A stretch of 63,694 bases of DNA, filler included, from Octopus bimaculoides (lineage: Eukaryota), in the NCBI RefSeq assembly GCF_001194135.2. It is 6 parts of 6 records of this genome, joined end to end, with 100 filler letters (N's around TTAATTAATTAA, not from the genome) between each part and the next. Parts side by side here need not be neighbours in the genome. Positions count along the whole stretch, not along the records: positions 14,875 to 27,844 come from NC_068985.1; positions 27,945 to 58,406 come from NC_068982.1; 4 more parts are not named here. The stretch is one strand, 5' to 3'. Each line of letters starts with the position of its first letter. Within the stretch, counting starts at the first letter, position 1. Of this stretch, positions 23,335-35,824 are shown piece by piece. A model generated the notes under the pieces. That model was not told where the DNA came from. It was given only the letters and a program-made list of their open reading frames with translations, and searched no databases. The position numbers were made by a program, and so were the translations under genes.

Positions 23335-23905
23335 ATAGTTAGCTGAACTGTAGTGAACTCTACTCCTGTATGACTAGATGGACTACATTGACTTGTACTG
23401 TGGTGAACTGTACCATTGTATGGCTAGGTTGTTGTGAACTGTGCCCCTGTATGGCTTGGTGGACTGTGGTGAACTGTACCCCTGTATGACTAGGTGGACT
23501 ACATTGACTTGTATTCCTGTGGTAAACTGTACCCCTATATGGCTAGGTGGACTGTGGTAAACTGTACTCATGTATGACTTATATCCCTGTATGGTTTGGT
23601 GTACTGTGGTGTACTGTACCTTTGTATGGCTAGATTGTTGTGAACTGTGCACCCCGTACGGCTTGGGGGACTGTGGTGAACTGTACCTTTGTATGCCCTG
23701 GTTGTTGTGAATTGTACCCCTGTATGGCTTGGTGGACTGTGGTGAACTATACCTTTGTATGATTAGGTGAACAATACCATGAACTGTACTCTTGTATGGC
23801 TTGGTGGATTGTTGTGAACTGTGCCCTGTATAGTTTGGTGGACTGTGCTGAACTGTACCCCACCTCTGCATGGTTAAGCAGGCTATGGTAAATTGTACAC
23901 CTGTA
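23335..23905. repeat. ~35-bp minisatellite (CTGTGGTGAACTGTACCCCTGTATGGCTTGGTGGA)n with variant units
   Basis: GAACTGTAC and TGTATGG motifs recur throughout. ORF 23383-23871 is a by-product of the repeat. Confidence 0.9.
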
Positions 23906-25307
23906 TGACTTCATGGACAATGCCATTTGCTTCTTAAATGCCTTGGCCTGTAAGTGCAGAAATAGTGAGGTAGAAGTCATGAAACATTTACTCAGTTATA
24001 ATGTGACACCTGGTAACTAGAGTATTTGAAAGCCTCAGGTAATATATACCAACTTAAAATTGTGTTGACCCACAAAAACTATTACTACCACTGCAACAAC
24101 TACCACCACAACAATAACTATATACTGTTAAACGACTGGCATTGTTACTTACCAGGCACCTGGCACTAGAGCCAATTTAGAAGTTTCTCATTCTTGAAGC
24201 ATGTAAGATCTTGTCTGTTAGAGTTGATTTATTCCAATGTCTGTTTAATAGCCAAGTATTTCTCTCTCCAGACCAGTGATAACAAGTATTGATGGCAAAC
24301 AATACACCTGTGTGTGTGAGAGTGTGTGTGTGTGTATGTGTGTGTGAGAGTGTGTGTGAGAGTGTGTGTGTGTGTGTATGTGTGTGTCTGGCTGTGTGTC
24401 TTTGTGTCTATGTGTATATCAGTATGTTTAGATAGTTTTATAGAAAAGACTTTCTCTAAATGTCTCTTTCTAAATTACCTGCCTCCTTTCACTTTTTCAT
24501 TCTTTAAATCTCTTTCATACATTCACACTCTGTAAATACACACACACACACACGTACTAAACCACTTACACATCCACCTCTCTAAATAACACACACATAC
24601 ACACAAATCTCTCTCACATGCATAGTCTAAGTCTTTCACTCACATATGCGTGCACATGTGCACACACACACACTAAAATAATCTCTCATACACACTCTTT
24701 AAATCACTCTTTCTTTCTCTGACACACACACATGCTGTAAATCTCATACACTCACATTTAAATTCCTCTCTCAGAATTTCTGTCTTTTTCTCTCCCTCCT
24801 TCAAATTCTCTCTCTCTCATGTGTGCGTGCACACACGCATGCATACACACACACACACATGCCTTTCTTTGAATCCATGCCTCTCAGTTTTCTGCCTGAC
24901 TCTCTAAATCACCCTAAATCTTTCTTAATTAGCTAAACATTCACTAGGTTCCATAAACTATCAAGTAGACAGTTTCAAGGACTAGCTTCCATTTCTTTAC
25001 ACAGGTATTGAAACAAGAAGTATATCAGAAATAATGACAGACCTCTTTATGAGAACATTATAACATTGAAAATGAATAAACTTGTTTGGGCATAGCCACC
25101 AGTGTTCATTTCCAGTGTTTGCTCTGTTTCATGAGCAACTTTATCTGGAGACAAACAACATGGCTGAACAAACAGAATACTATACTGCTATCCAGAGAGT
25201 TGTGAGTTCAATCTACAACAAGTATCTTACTCAGCTGGGATGTGTGCTGCTTGGGGCTGCCATTGAGTTTCTCCCCCACCCCACCTTCAGGCCCACAAAA
25301 TATATTC

Positions 25308-25455
25308 TTTTATATGTTTCAGTCATGTGACTGCGGCCATGCTGGAGCACCACCTTTAGTTGAGCAAATCGATCCCAGGACTTATTCTTTGTAAGCCTAC
25401 TTATTCTATTGGTCTCTCTTGCTGAACCGCTAAGTGACAGGAACGTAAACACACC

Positions 25456-25457
<2 letters not shown>
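25308..25457 (-). mobile_element. SINE family B 3' half
   Basis: GACTGCGGCCATGCTGGAGCACC...AAATCGATCCCAGGACTTATTCTTTGTAAGCC. Confidence 0.85.
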
Positions 25458-25491
<34 letters not shown>

Positions 25492-25754
25492 NNNNNNNNN
25501 NATATATATATATATATATATATATATACTTGTTTATTAATATTTAGCAGCAGCAACAGCGTGACTCAAAGTTTGAGAGGTTCATGCATTGGCACTTATC
25601 AAACTGTGCCAATGACAAAACTCTCAGACTTTGAGTCACTGTGTTGCTTTTGCTACATATTAATGCAAATATACATATACTCATATTCTGAGTTCTATTT
25701 TTCCTGTTTGCACCAACATACCTATATATCATACACACACACATATATATCAAT

Positions 25755-25990
25755 ATCATCATCATCATTATTTGAATGTCCACTTTTCCAAGCTTGTCTA
25801 GGTCAGATGGAATTTATGGAAACAGATTTTCTATTGCAGTTTGCCTTTCCTGTCACAAACCCTCACCTGTTTCCAATTAAGGTAATATTTCCTCATAACC
25901 AAACATGGTTTCACAGAATGCTGGAAATGAAGAACATTATGTGCATTACACTGACACTTATTTACAACTATCATGTGATGTGAAGGTAAG
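25755..25990 (-). mobile_element. SINE-like family C-related element, degenerate
   Basis: ATCATCATC...AATGTCCACTTTTCCAAGCTTG is the reverse of a family C-like tail. Confidence 0.5.
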
Positions 25991-26169
25991 GAGTCAGTAA
26001 CACATGTACACACACACACACACACACATGTATACCAGTAATACACTTACGACAACTAGAGCACCTTCTTGAAAAGTTTATTTTTGCCAAATTAATAAGC
26101 TACAATAAATCTATTTTTCTATTTGTTGATTGTTACTGTTATATTTATTTATTTACTTTATATTTCCAG

Positions 26170-26312
26170 ATAAATTTACTGCTTCAGTTGCTTTAGCTTC
26201 TTTTTTGCACCAAAGCAGTCAACATTCCATTCGTCATTCCATCACAGAAAAAAAACGAGACAGAACAATCCAAAAATACCAAGAACTAAAGTTGCGGCTT
26301 GTACCACATTAA
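26170..26312 (+). other. Candidate terminal exon encoding a bHLH-basic-region-like peptide
   Basis: Long T-rich tract ending TATTTCCAG, then an open frame DKFTASVALASFLHQSSQHSIRHSITEKKRDRTIQKYQELKLRLVPH* and AATAAA at 26352-26357. Confidence 0.3.
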
Positions 26313-26652
26313 AGGGAAGAGGATTACAAAACTATTGCAGGAATTCTAATCAATAAAAATGCTAAACATTTTTGCATGCGTGTGTGTGTGATTTTTTTTT
26401 TCTGTTTAATATTAAATTGATAATTTAATATTAAATTACAAATTTCTATTAGTTTTTGCATTCTGTAGTAGAATTCTGTTTCTGTCTTCAGACAAAAGAT
26501 ACAATAATAAACGTTTGATAATTAAGAATAAAAATGAATTTGTCCATTATTTTCATTTATAGAGCATAATCATATATTGTGTAAAATATACAATATAATT
26601 GATATGATTTTATGATTATATATATATACATACATATATATATATATGTATG

Positions 26653-26699
<47 letters not shown>

Positions 26700-26757
26700 G
26701 TATGTATATATATTTGTGTGTGTTTGTGTATATATATATATATATATATACACACAC

Positions 26758-26807
<50 letters not shown>

Positions 26808-27371
26808 NNNNNNNNNNNNNNNNNNNNNNNNNNNNNNNNNNNNNNNNNNNNNNNNNNNNNNNNNNNNNNNNNNNNNNNNNNNNNNNNNNNNNNNNNNNNN
26901 NNNNNNNNNNNNNNNNNNNNNNNNNNNNNNNNNNNNNNNNNNNNNNNNNNNNNNNNNNNNNNNNNNNNNNNNNNNNNNNNNNNNNNNNNNNNNNNNNNNN
27001 NNNNNNNNNNNNNNNNNNNNNNNNNNNNNNNNNNNNNNNNNNNNNNNNNNNNNNNNNNNNNNNNNNNNNNNNNNNNNNNNNNNNNNNNNNNNNNNNNNNN
27101 NNNNNNNNNNNNNNNNNNNNNNNNNNNNNNNNNNNNNNNNNNNNNNNNNNNNNNNNNNNNNNNNNNNNNNNNNNNNNNNNNNNNNNNNNNNNNNNNNNNN
27201 NNNNNNNNNNNNNNNNNNNNNNNNNNNNNNNNNNNNNNNNNNNNNNNNNNNNNNNNNNNNNNNNNNNNNNNNNNNNNNNNNNNNNNNNNNNNNNNNNNNN
27301 NNNNNNNNNNNNNNNNNNNNNNNNNNNNNNNNNNNNNNNNNNNNNNNNNNNNNNNNNNNNNNNNNNNNNNN

Positions 27372-27448
<77 letters not shown>

Positions 27449-28959
27449 CATATATATCTGTATGAGTTAGAAGTTAAGTAACCATCTAAGGGATATTAAA
27501 TATCCAATATACTACTGGAAGTATACCTACATACTTATAAGCAAGTGCTTACTATTGCAGGGCAATATCGCAATTAAATACTAGGTATGGGTGGGGGTAA
27601 ATTAGAAATTTACCCAGTATTTGTACACTCATCTATCGTTACTCATTTATTTCTATGGATATATCTATTTACGTATTTATTGGCTGATTTCATTTGTTTA
27701 CTTTTATCACTTACACATGTTTGTAATCACTTAATAAATAGATATAATTGAATGTTTACTGGCTGATGTTTGTCAATTGTTTATCCTCTCCATTTTCTCC
27801 TTTGCCCTATATACATGTGTATATATATATATATATATATATATNNNNNNNNNNNNNNNNNNNNNNNNNNNNNNNNNNNNNNNNNNNNTTAATTAATTAA
27901 NNNNNNNNNNNNNNNNNNNNNNNNNNNNNNNNNNNNNNNNNNNNTATAATATTTATATGAGGAAACATTTCTACTGATGAAGACTATAAATCAAGGTTTT
28001 TCCCCTGGTTTTCCATTTTGTTTTGTTTTCCTGTTACTTCTTTCATAATGTACGAAATATGTATTGAAAATTCCTTATTGTTGAGCGTCTTTCATGTTCT
28101 TTGATCCAATATTATATTTGAAACGAAAGGAATTGCATAGTGCTAGTTATTCCTGCGTACACATAATTTTATATTCACTTTTAATATTGCTTTTCACTTA
28201 ATCATATGTTATTACGTATCAAAAGAGATAGACGCCTATTTGTAAATATACTTAAACCGAAATTGAATTATGCATAGTAGTGGGTATATAAAAGAGCACA
28301 TAAATGAAAATATAACTAAATATATAAATGATTTACAGAAACTCTTGACATCAAAGAAACTCGATGAAAACAGAAAACAAGACATGAATATAACAGAACA
28401 AGATGTCCAAAATTGCTGACAAAATCACAGGCTACGACCAACATTCGGCGTCATTGAAAACATACATTGAAGTATATTTGAAGATGAGGAAAGAGTAGGA
28501 GGAAATGTACTGAGTGTTCGATTGCAGGGATATGGGAAAAGAAATATATGGTGGTGGACAGTTTGGATTATAACACGTACAGTGTCCTATCATTGAAGCG
28601 GAGTAAAAATGTAACAAATAGCGCATAGAAATATGAGTGGTAAACAATATAATGCAGATGTAACAACGATAATAAATTAATATCAAAACAGAGAAGAAGC
28701 ACTCTGTAGGATGGTGGTGAGGACAAGGTGAACGTAAAAAGCAATCGGAAGACATTTTATATATAAACATCTACATGCGTAGCAACATGAATACATACAC
28801 ACATATCCATACATATAGAGTATGCATGTATGTATGTATGTATGTATGTATGTATGTATGTATGTATGTATGTATGTATGTATGTATGTACGTATGAGTA
28901 TGTATGTATGAATGTATAGGAATTATGTCTAAAGAGAGGGAAAAACAATAACATATTAT

Positions 28960-29280
28960 TCTTTTATTCTTTTATTTGTTTCTGTCATTTGACTGCGGCC
29001 ATTCTGGAGCACCGCCTTTACTCGAACAAATCGACCCAGGGCGTATTTTTTGTTAGCTCAGTGCCTATTCAATCTTTTTTGCCCAACATCGGTTGTCAAG
29101 CGATGTTGGGGGACAAACAGAGACATACAAACACATACACAAATACACACACACATTTATATGCGACGGGCTTCTTTCAGTTTCTGTCTACCAAATTCAG
29201 TCACAAGGCGTTGGTCGGCCCGAGGCTATAGTATAAGACACTTGCCCAAGTTGCCATGCAGTGGGACTGAACCTTGAACC
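28960..29280 (-). mobile_element. SINE family B, near full length with internal deletion
   Basis: Reverse-oriented tail TCTTTTATTCTTTTA, body GACTGCGGCCATTCTGGAGCACCGCC, internal (CA)n and head CACTTGCCCAAG...GTGGGACTGAACC. Confidence 0.88.
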
Positions 29281-31253
29281 TGTACTTTCTATTCATAATT
29301 ATCCGTCAGTTGACTTTTATCCAGGAGATTGATTGTTACTTTATAAAGAAATACGTCTATCTTAATATACTATCATGAAACATATCGATAGCAAAGAAGA
29401 AGATATATGAGTGGGTGTAGTTTAAAAAGCTAAAATAAAGGCGCCATGATATAATATTATTTCGGAAAAATTTTATAATTTTTCATTTTATAACAGCTGC
29501 GTTACGTATATGCAAATTTAATTTTAACTCTTCGAGCAAAGATGGATTCTATTGCATTGTATAATCGATACAATGGTGATTTCTGTTACCTTGAGAATGA
29601 ATTACATCATTATCGTACACTCTAAAAAAAAAAAATTAAAAAAAAAAAAATTCCAAAATGTATGTTTATAGTTTTATATTCTGAAACTTGAATGCTGAAT
29701 GTACTAAATTATATTGTGATAATAATTCTACGAAGTAAATTCTGGAAGTTTTGCTAGTAGACAGTAAAAAAAAAAACGAAAAACAAAACACTTAAAATAT
29801 ATTTAGAGAATATTATATATTATTTTCTAAGAAAATAGACTTGGAAACTCTTGTTCTTTCAGATCACCTTCAAATATAATAAGGATAAATATAAAATATT
29901 TGAACACCATGTTTCACTCTTTGTTTTATAAAAAGCTAATTTGAACATATTATCAATTAACGTTAAAATGATACCCTTCGTACAAATTTGTCTTCATTTA
30001 ATATGCATAGAGAAAATGCTACAAATATATTTGTCTCTCCAATGCATTTATAAACATTAGAACTTCAAAAGCAATTATATATTCAACGATATTAAATGTC
30101 TCTGTTATGAAACAACACTTCAAAGGCTATATTGAACGTTTATGTAGTGATATATCTTCATTAATATGGCTGTCTTCTATTATAGCTTATAGTAAGGCGA
30201 TATCAAAACAACAAGAGACCAACAAAATTCTATTCAGCACATATTTATTCACTACTTCTATGTTATTTTATAAACAATTATAGACTGGCAGATGTTTTAA
30301 TGTGAAATACATACAACTGATAATAGTTTTTGTTAAATCTGCGATACATTTTCCAGGATGAGAAAATATATGGCATGAGACAGTTATTGACTCTGAAATG
30401 TATTTCTAAAACAGTAAGTGAAAACTTAATCCGTCAAATTGAAATTGGAAACCTAGACATAGAAGATACATTGATGTCAAGGTATTCTACGTTATACATT
30501 TTTTAAAAATAATACAATTGTGTTTTAAGATCAGGTGTGTCNNNNNNNNNNNNNNNNNNNNNNNNNNNNNNNNNNNNNNNNNNNNNNNNNNNNNNNNNNN
30601 NNNNNNNNNNNNNNNNNNNNNNNNNNNNNNNNNNNNNNNNNNNNNNNNNNNNNNNNNNNNNNNNNNNNNNNNNNNNNNNNNNNNNNNNNNNNNNNNNNNN
30701 NNNNNNNNNNNNNNNNNNNNNNNNNNNNNNNNNNNNNNNNNNNNNNNNNNNNNNNNNNNNNNNNNNNNNNNNNNNNNNNNNNNNNNNNNNNNNNNNNNNN
30801 NNNNNNNNNNNNNNNNNNNNNNNNNNNNNNNNNNNNNNNNNNNNNNNNNNNNNNNNNNNNNNNNNNNNNNNNNNNNNNNNNNNNNNNNNNNNNNNNNNNN
30901 NNNNNNNNNNNNNNNNNNNNNNNNNNNNNNNNNNNNNNNNNNNNNNNNNNNNNNNNNNNNNNNNNNNNNNNNNNNNNNNNNNNNNNNNNNNNNNNNNNNN
31001 NNNNNNNNNNNNNNNNNNNNNNNNNNNNNNNNNNNNNNNNNNNNNNNNNNNNNNNNNNNNNNNNNNNNNNNNNNNNNNNNNNNNNNNNNNNNNNNNNNNN
31101 NNNNNNNNNNNNNNNNNNNNNNNNNNNNNNNNNNNNNNNNNNNNNNNNNNNNNNNNNNNNNNNNNNNNNNNNNNNNNNNNNNNNNNNNNNNNNNNNNNNN
31201 NNNNNNNNNNNNNNNNNNNNNNNNNNNNNNNNNNNNNNNNNNNNNNNNNNNNN

Positions 31254-31299
<46 letters not shown>

Positions 31300-31518
31300 C
31301 GTATGTTTGTGTGTCTGTGTCTCCCCACCATCGCTTGACAACCGATGGTGGTGTGTTTACGTCCCCGTAATCCACCGGTTCGGCAAAAGAGACCGATAGA
31401 ATAAGTACTAGGCTTACAAAGAATAAGTCCTGGGGTCGATGTGCTCGACTAAAGGCAGTGCTCCAGCATGGCCGCAGTCAAATGACTGAAACAAGTAAAA
31501 GAGTAAAAGAGTAAAGAG
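31300..31518 (+). mobile_element. SINE family B 3' half with (GTAAAAGA)n tail
   Basis: CATCGCTTGACAACCGATGGTGGTGTGTTTACGTCCCCGTAA...CAGCATGGCCGCAGTCAAATGACTGAAACAAGTAAAAGAGTAAAAGAG. Confidence 0.92.
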
Positions 31519-31819
31519 TATGTGATTAATCGTGTGACACTGTATTTTACAGTGTGAATAAGTATAATTTAAGAAGTATTCTTTCACTTCAGTCGCACAC
31601 CTTACGATGCTGGTTAAGTTATTTATAAGTGTCACAGCATTTAGAAATTCATTTACAAAAGTAATGAAATTTTACCTTTTGGTAATGAGTGATGAGTTTT
31701 CATTTTAAGACAATAAACAATGTATTTCAAGTTATTTATAGAAATTTAGTTAACTGATGATCGGCATAAGTAGAAAGATATGTCTCGTAATAATCCCATT
31801 ATATTTATCTGCACAAAAA

Positions 31820-32005
31820 CCGGATTTTTCGGAGGGGGCAAGTCGATTACGTCGACCCCTGTGTTCAACTGGTACTTATTTTAATGACCTCGAAGGGATG
31901 AAAGATTAAGTCGACCTCGGCGGAATTTGAACTTAGAACGAAGAAACGGACAAAACGCCGCAAAGCTTTTTATCCGGTGTGTTAACGATTCTGCCAGCTC
32001 TTCGC
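31820..32005 (-). mobile_element. SINE family A
   Basis: AAGTCGACCTCGGCGGAATTTGAAC core and a reversed CTGCCAGCTC head. Confidence 0.85.
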
Positions 32006-32344
32006 GTTAATTCTCGTAATGTTTAAAATAAATAATCACATCGTATATCTGTTGTTCAATATATCTGATTTTCAATCTATATATATATATGTTTCTTCGA
32101 AAGAGGTAAAGTAATTTTCGAAATTGAAAAAGTAAGTTGTTAATACATGCAAATAACGTAAGAACATTATAGGACTATCGGATGTTTTTTAGACGTAAGA
32201 CAGTTTTCTTTTCTTTTTTGAATGGGTTTGTTTTTATAATACACTATTACATCTAATTAGATTAAGATTTAAGAATTTGTCAATTTGTCTGGAATTTATT
32301 GATTACCGGGTTAACATTTACAATATGGTAGAGTTGTGACAAGA

Positions 32345-32548
32345 CAAGACCAAGAATTTTTGGGAAGAGGCTAAGTCGATTGCATTGACCCCAGTACTCA
32401 AGTGGTACTTCTTTTATCAGCCCACCCCCGTGAAAGGGGATGAAAAGCAAAGTCGAAACCGGCGCTATACGAACTTGGATAGTAAAGTCGGAAGAAATAC
32501 TGCTAAGCTTTTTCTCAGCTTGCTAACGATTTTGCTAGCTCGCCGTCT
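32345..32548 (-). mobile_element. SINE family A, degenerate
   Basis: GCTAACGATTTTGCTAGCTCGCCGTC reversed head and GACCCCAGTACTCAAGTGGTAC core. Confidence 0.75.
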
Positions 32549-33049
32549 TACTATTACCACCAACATATTGATATTAAGATACTAATGAGTATTAGTAACT
32601 GCATTTGTTCATAACACAGATTCTAATTAATTAGTTGTGTTTTTCTGTAATGTAATCAATGTACACAACTCGGCTTGAAATTGCAGTTACAAATTAAAGT
32701 ATAATTAAATATATTGAGTAAAATTACTAAAATTGGATTATATTTAATACCTGATTGCGCATTCATTACCAGAATTACGTGTCCACGAATCGGAATGAGG
32801 AATACAAGAGAAGAAAATTAACTAGCAACATTAGATAGACAATTTTTTTTTTGCTATTTTAGTTACACCTAAGTCATACAAACTTATTTAAAGAATTACT
32901 GCTGAGAATTGATTCTGTAATCTATAAGAAATTGGTAAGCCTGTGTATTGTATATATGTACCATAATATTTTCAATTTTTAAACTGAACATCGAAGTGAA
33001 ATCTGCTAAAAAATATATGTTGCATAAAGCTTTAATGGAATGGTTGAAT

Positions 33050-33287
33050 AGATTTATTTCTTTATTGCCCACAGGGGGTCTAAACATAAAGGGGACAAAC
33101 AAGGACAGAGAAAAGGATTAAGTCGATTACATCNNNNNNNNNNGCATAACTGGTACTTACTTAATCGACCCCGAAAGGATGAAAGGCAAAGTCGGCTGGG
33201 CGGAATTTGAACTCAGAATGGAACGGCAGACAAAATACCGCGAAGCATTTCGCCCGGTGTGCTAACGTTTCTGCCAGCTCGCCGCCC
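33050..33287 (-). mobile_element. SINE family A, long-tail subtype
   Basis: Close match to the copy at 44064-44297, including the GGGGACAAACAAGGA tail. Confidence 0.9.
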
Positions 33288-33464
33288 TAGGGATTCAATA
33301 TATTAATGTTGCAATTATATTTTACTTAAGTTGTAACTCTCACTGATTCATGATTATATATTCTTTATAAATTTATTGATTTGCACTCGAATATGACTAT
33401 ACATACATACACAAATACATACGTAAATATATACAAACATGCATACATACATACATACACACAC

Positions 33465-33497
<33 letters not shown>

Positions 33498-33502
33498 CAT
33501 AC

Positions 33503-33556
<54 letters not shown>

Positions 33557-34652
33557 TTGCTTAAAAGAGTTCCAACACTTTCTGTTTTTTATGTTTTATT
33601 TGGAACTCTTTTAAGCAAAATAATATATTCCTCTATACNNNNNNNNNNNNNNNNNNNNNNNNNNNNNNNNNNNNNNNNNNNNNNNNNNNNNNNNNNNNNN
33701 NNNNNNNNNNNNNNNNNNNNNNNNNNNNNNNNNNNNNNNNNNNNNNNNNNNNNNNNNNNNNNNNNNNNNNNNNNNNNNNNNNNNNNNNNNNNNNNNNNNN
33801 NNNNNNNNNNNNNNNNNNNNNNNNNNNNNNNNNNNNNNNNNNNNNNNNNNNNNNNNNNNNNNNNNNNNNNNNNNNNNNNNNNNNNNNNNNNNNNNNNNNN
33901 NNNNNNNNNNNNNNNNNNNNNNNNNNNNNNNNNNNNNNNNNNNNNNNNNNNNNNNNNNNNNNNNNNNNNNNNNNNNNNNNNNNNNNNNNNNNNNNNNNNN
34001 NNNNNNNNNNNNNNNNNNNNNNNNNNNNNNNNNNNNNNNNNNNNNNNNNNNNNNNNNNNNNNNNNNNNNNNNNNNNNNNNNNNNNNNNNNNNNNNNNNNN
34101 NNNNNNNNNNNNNNNNNNNNNNNNNNNNNNNNNNNNNNNNNNNNNNNNNNNNNNNNNNNNNNNNNNNNNNNNNNNNNNNNNNNNNNNNNNNNNNNNNNNN
34201 NNNNNNNNNNNNNNNNNNNNNNNNNNNNNNNNNNNNNNNNNNNNNNNNNNNNNNNNNNNNNNNNNNNNNNNNNNNNNNNNNNNNNNNNNNNNNNNNNNNN
34301 NNNNNNNNNNNNNNNNNNNNNNNNNNNNNNNNNNNNNNNNNNNNNNNNNNNNNNNNNNNNNNNNNNNNNNNNNNNNNNNNNNNNNNNNNNNNNNNNNNNN
34401 NNNNNNNNNNAGAGAAACGGAAAATGGATTTAGCAAGAATCATTATTCAACAACGACCGCTTCAATAAAGATTCGTGCTAAATCCATTTTCCCTTTTCCT
34501 CATTCATTATAAACTTCACGGACACTGTGGAATTGTCACGTGAATCCAGTGACAATCGTATAGAATCGTATCGTAACTATGGATGATATCAGTTAGCCTA
34601 AACGTACTTTAATAGGCACTGGACGTATACTCAAAGACCCTATAATTATGCT

Positions 34653-34685
<33 letters not shown>

Positions 34686-34689
34686 ATGT

Positions 34690-35400
34690 AGGCACAGGCG
34701 TGGTTGTGTGGTGAGAAACTTGCTTTCAAACTGCTTAATCTCGGGCTCAGACCCACTACATAACACCTTCAGAATGCGATTTCTACTATAACCTCGGGTC
34801 GACTAAAGCCTTGTCACTAGATTACTTGTTTCTGTTGTTTTGATTATGGCCGTGCTGGAGCACCGCTTTATAGTCACAGAAATCGACCCAAGGACTTATT
34901 CTTTGAAACGCTGGTACTTATTCTATCGGTGTGTTTCGCCGGATCGATTATTTACAGGGACGTAAACACAACAAACATCGGCTGTCAAGCGATGGAGGGG
35001 AAACAAATACAGACACAAACACACAGACATGCACACATGCGCACACACAAACAAGTACGACAGGCTTCCTTCAGTTTCGTCTACCGAAATACACTCAGAA
35101 GGCTTTGGTCGGTTCGAGGCTATAAAAAAAGACAGTTGCCCAAGGTGTCAAGCAGTGGGACCGAACCCCGAACTAGGTGGTTGGGAAGCAAGATCCTCAC
35201 CACACAGCCACGCCAGTGTATGTGTGTGTCTCTATCTTATCGGTTGTCTCTCATCACCACTTGACAACCGATAGTGGTGTGTAACTTAGCGGTGCTGCAG
35301 AAAAGACCGATAGAATACATACCACGCTTTAAACATGAGCACTGGGGTTGATTCGTTCAACTAAAATCGTTCAACGCACTGCCCCAGCATGGCCTCTGTC
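34690..35400. mobile_element. Nested SINEs: a plus-strand family B copy (34690-34822 and 35220-35400) split by a full-length minus-strand family B copy (34825-35215)
   Basis: The plus-strand head (GGCGTGGTTGTGTGGTGAG...CCTCGGGTCGACTAAAGCCTTGT) stops at 34822. A complete reversed copy follows, then the plus-strand body resumes (CTTGACAACCGATAGTGGTGTG...CAGCATGGCC). Confidence 0.8.
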
Positions 35401-35824
35401 TAAGAAAGTGTTCTGATATAAATGTGTCATTTTTTTTTCGAGATAATTCAGTGTTAATCGGTCAGATGTCAGAACATCATATGATTAATCGTACAGAATA
35501 ATGTAAAAATGGCAAGGCAATTTTCATTGCAGATTAAACAGATTTTTCTGTGTGTATGATGCTTATATCTTCAATGAAGGATTGAAACTAACACTCTGTT
35601 TTACTCATATATACAACAAAGAATTCTACCCAATAAATAAAGTAACAATATTACATTCTTTATTTGAATGTTATTTAGCATAATACACATTAATAGAATG
35701 AAACATAAGGTAATCTGACATTCATTTCTAGTACACAATTCCTGTTTCTCTCCATTTTACAAAACGTAGAACTTTAGCACCAGCTGTGATGCATTTATTC
35801 TATTGGATATTTCTTTGTTATAAT

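Noticed and set aside
27975-28010. CTGATGA with a weak downstream stem
   Set aside because: No GAAA core follows.
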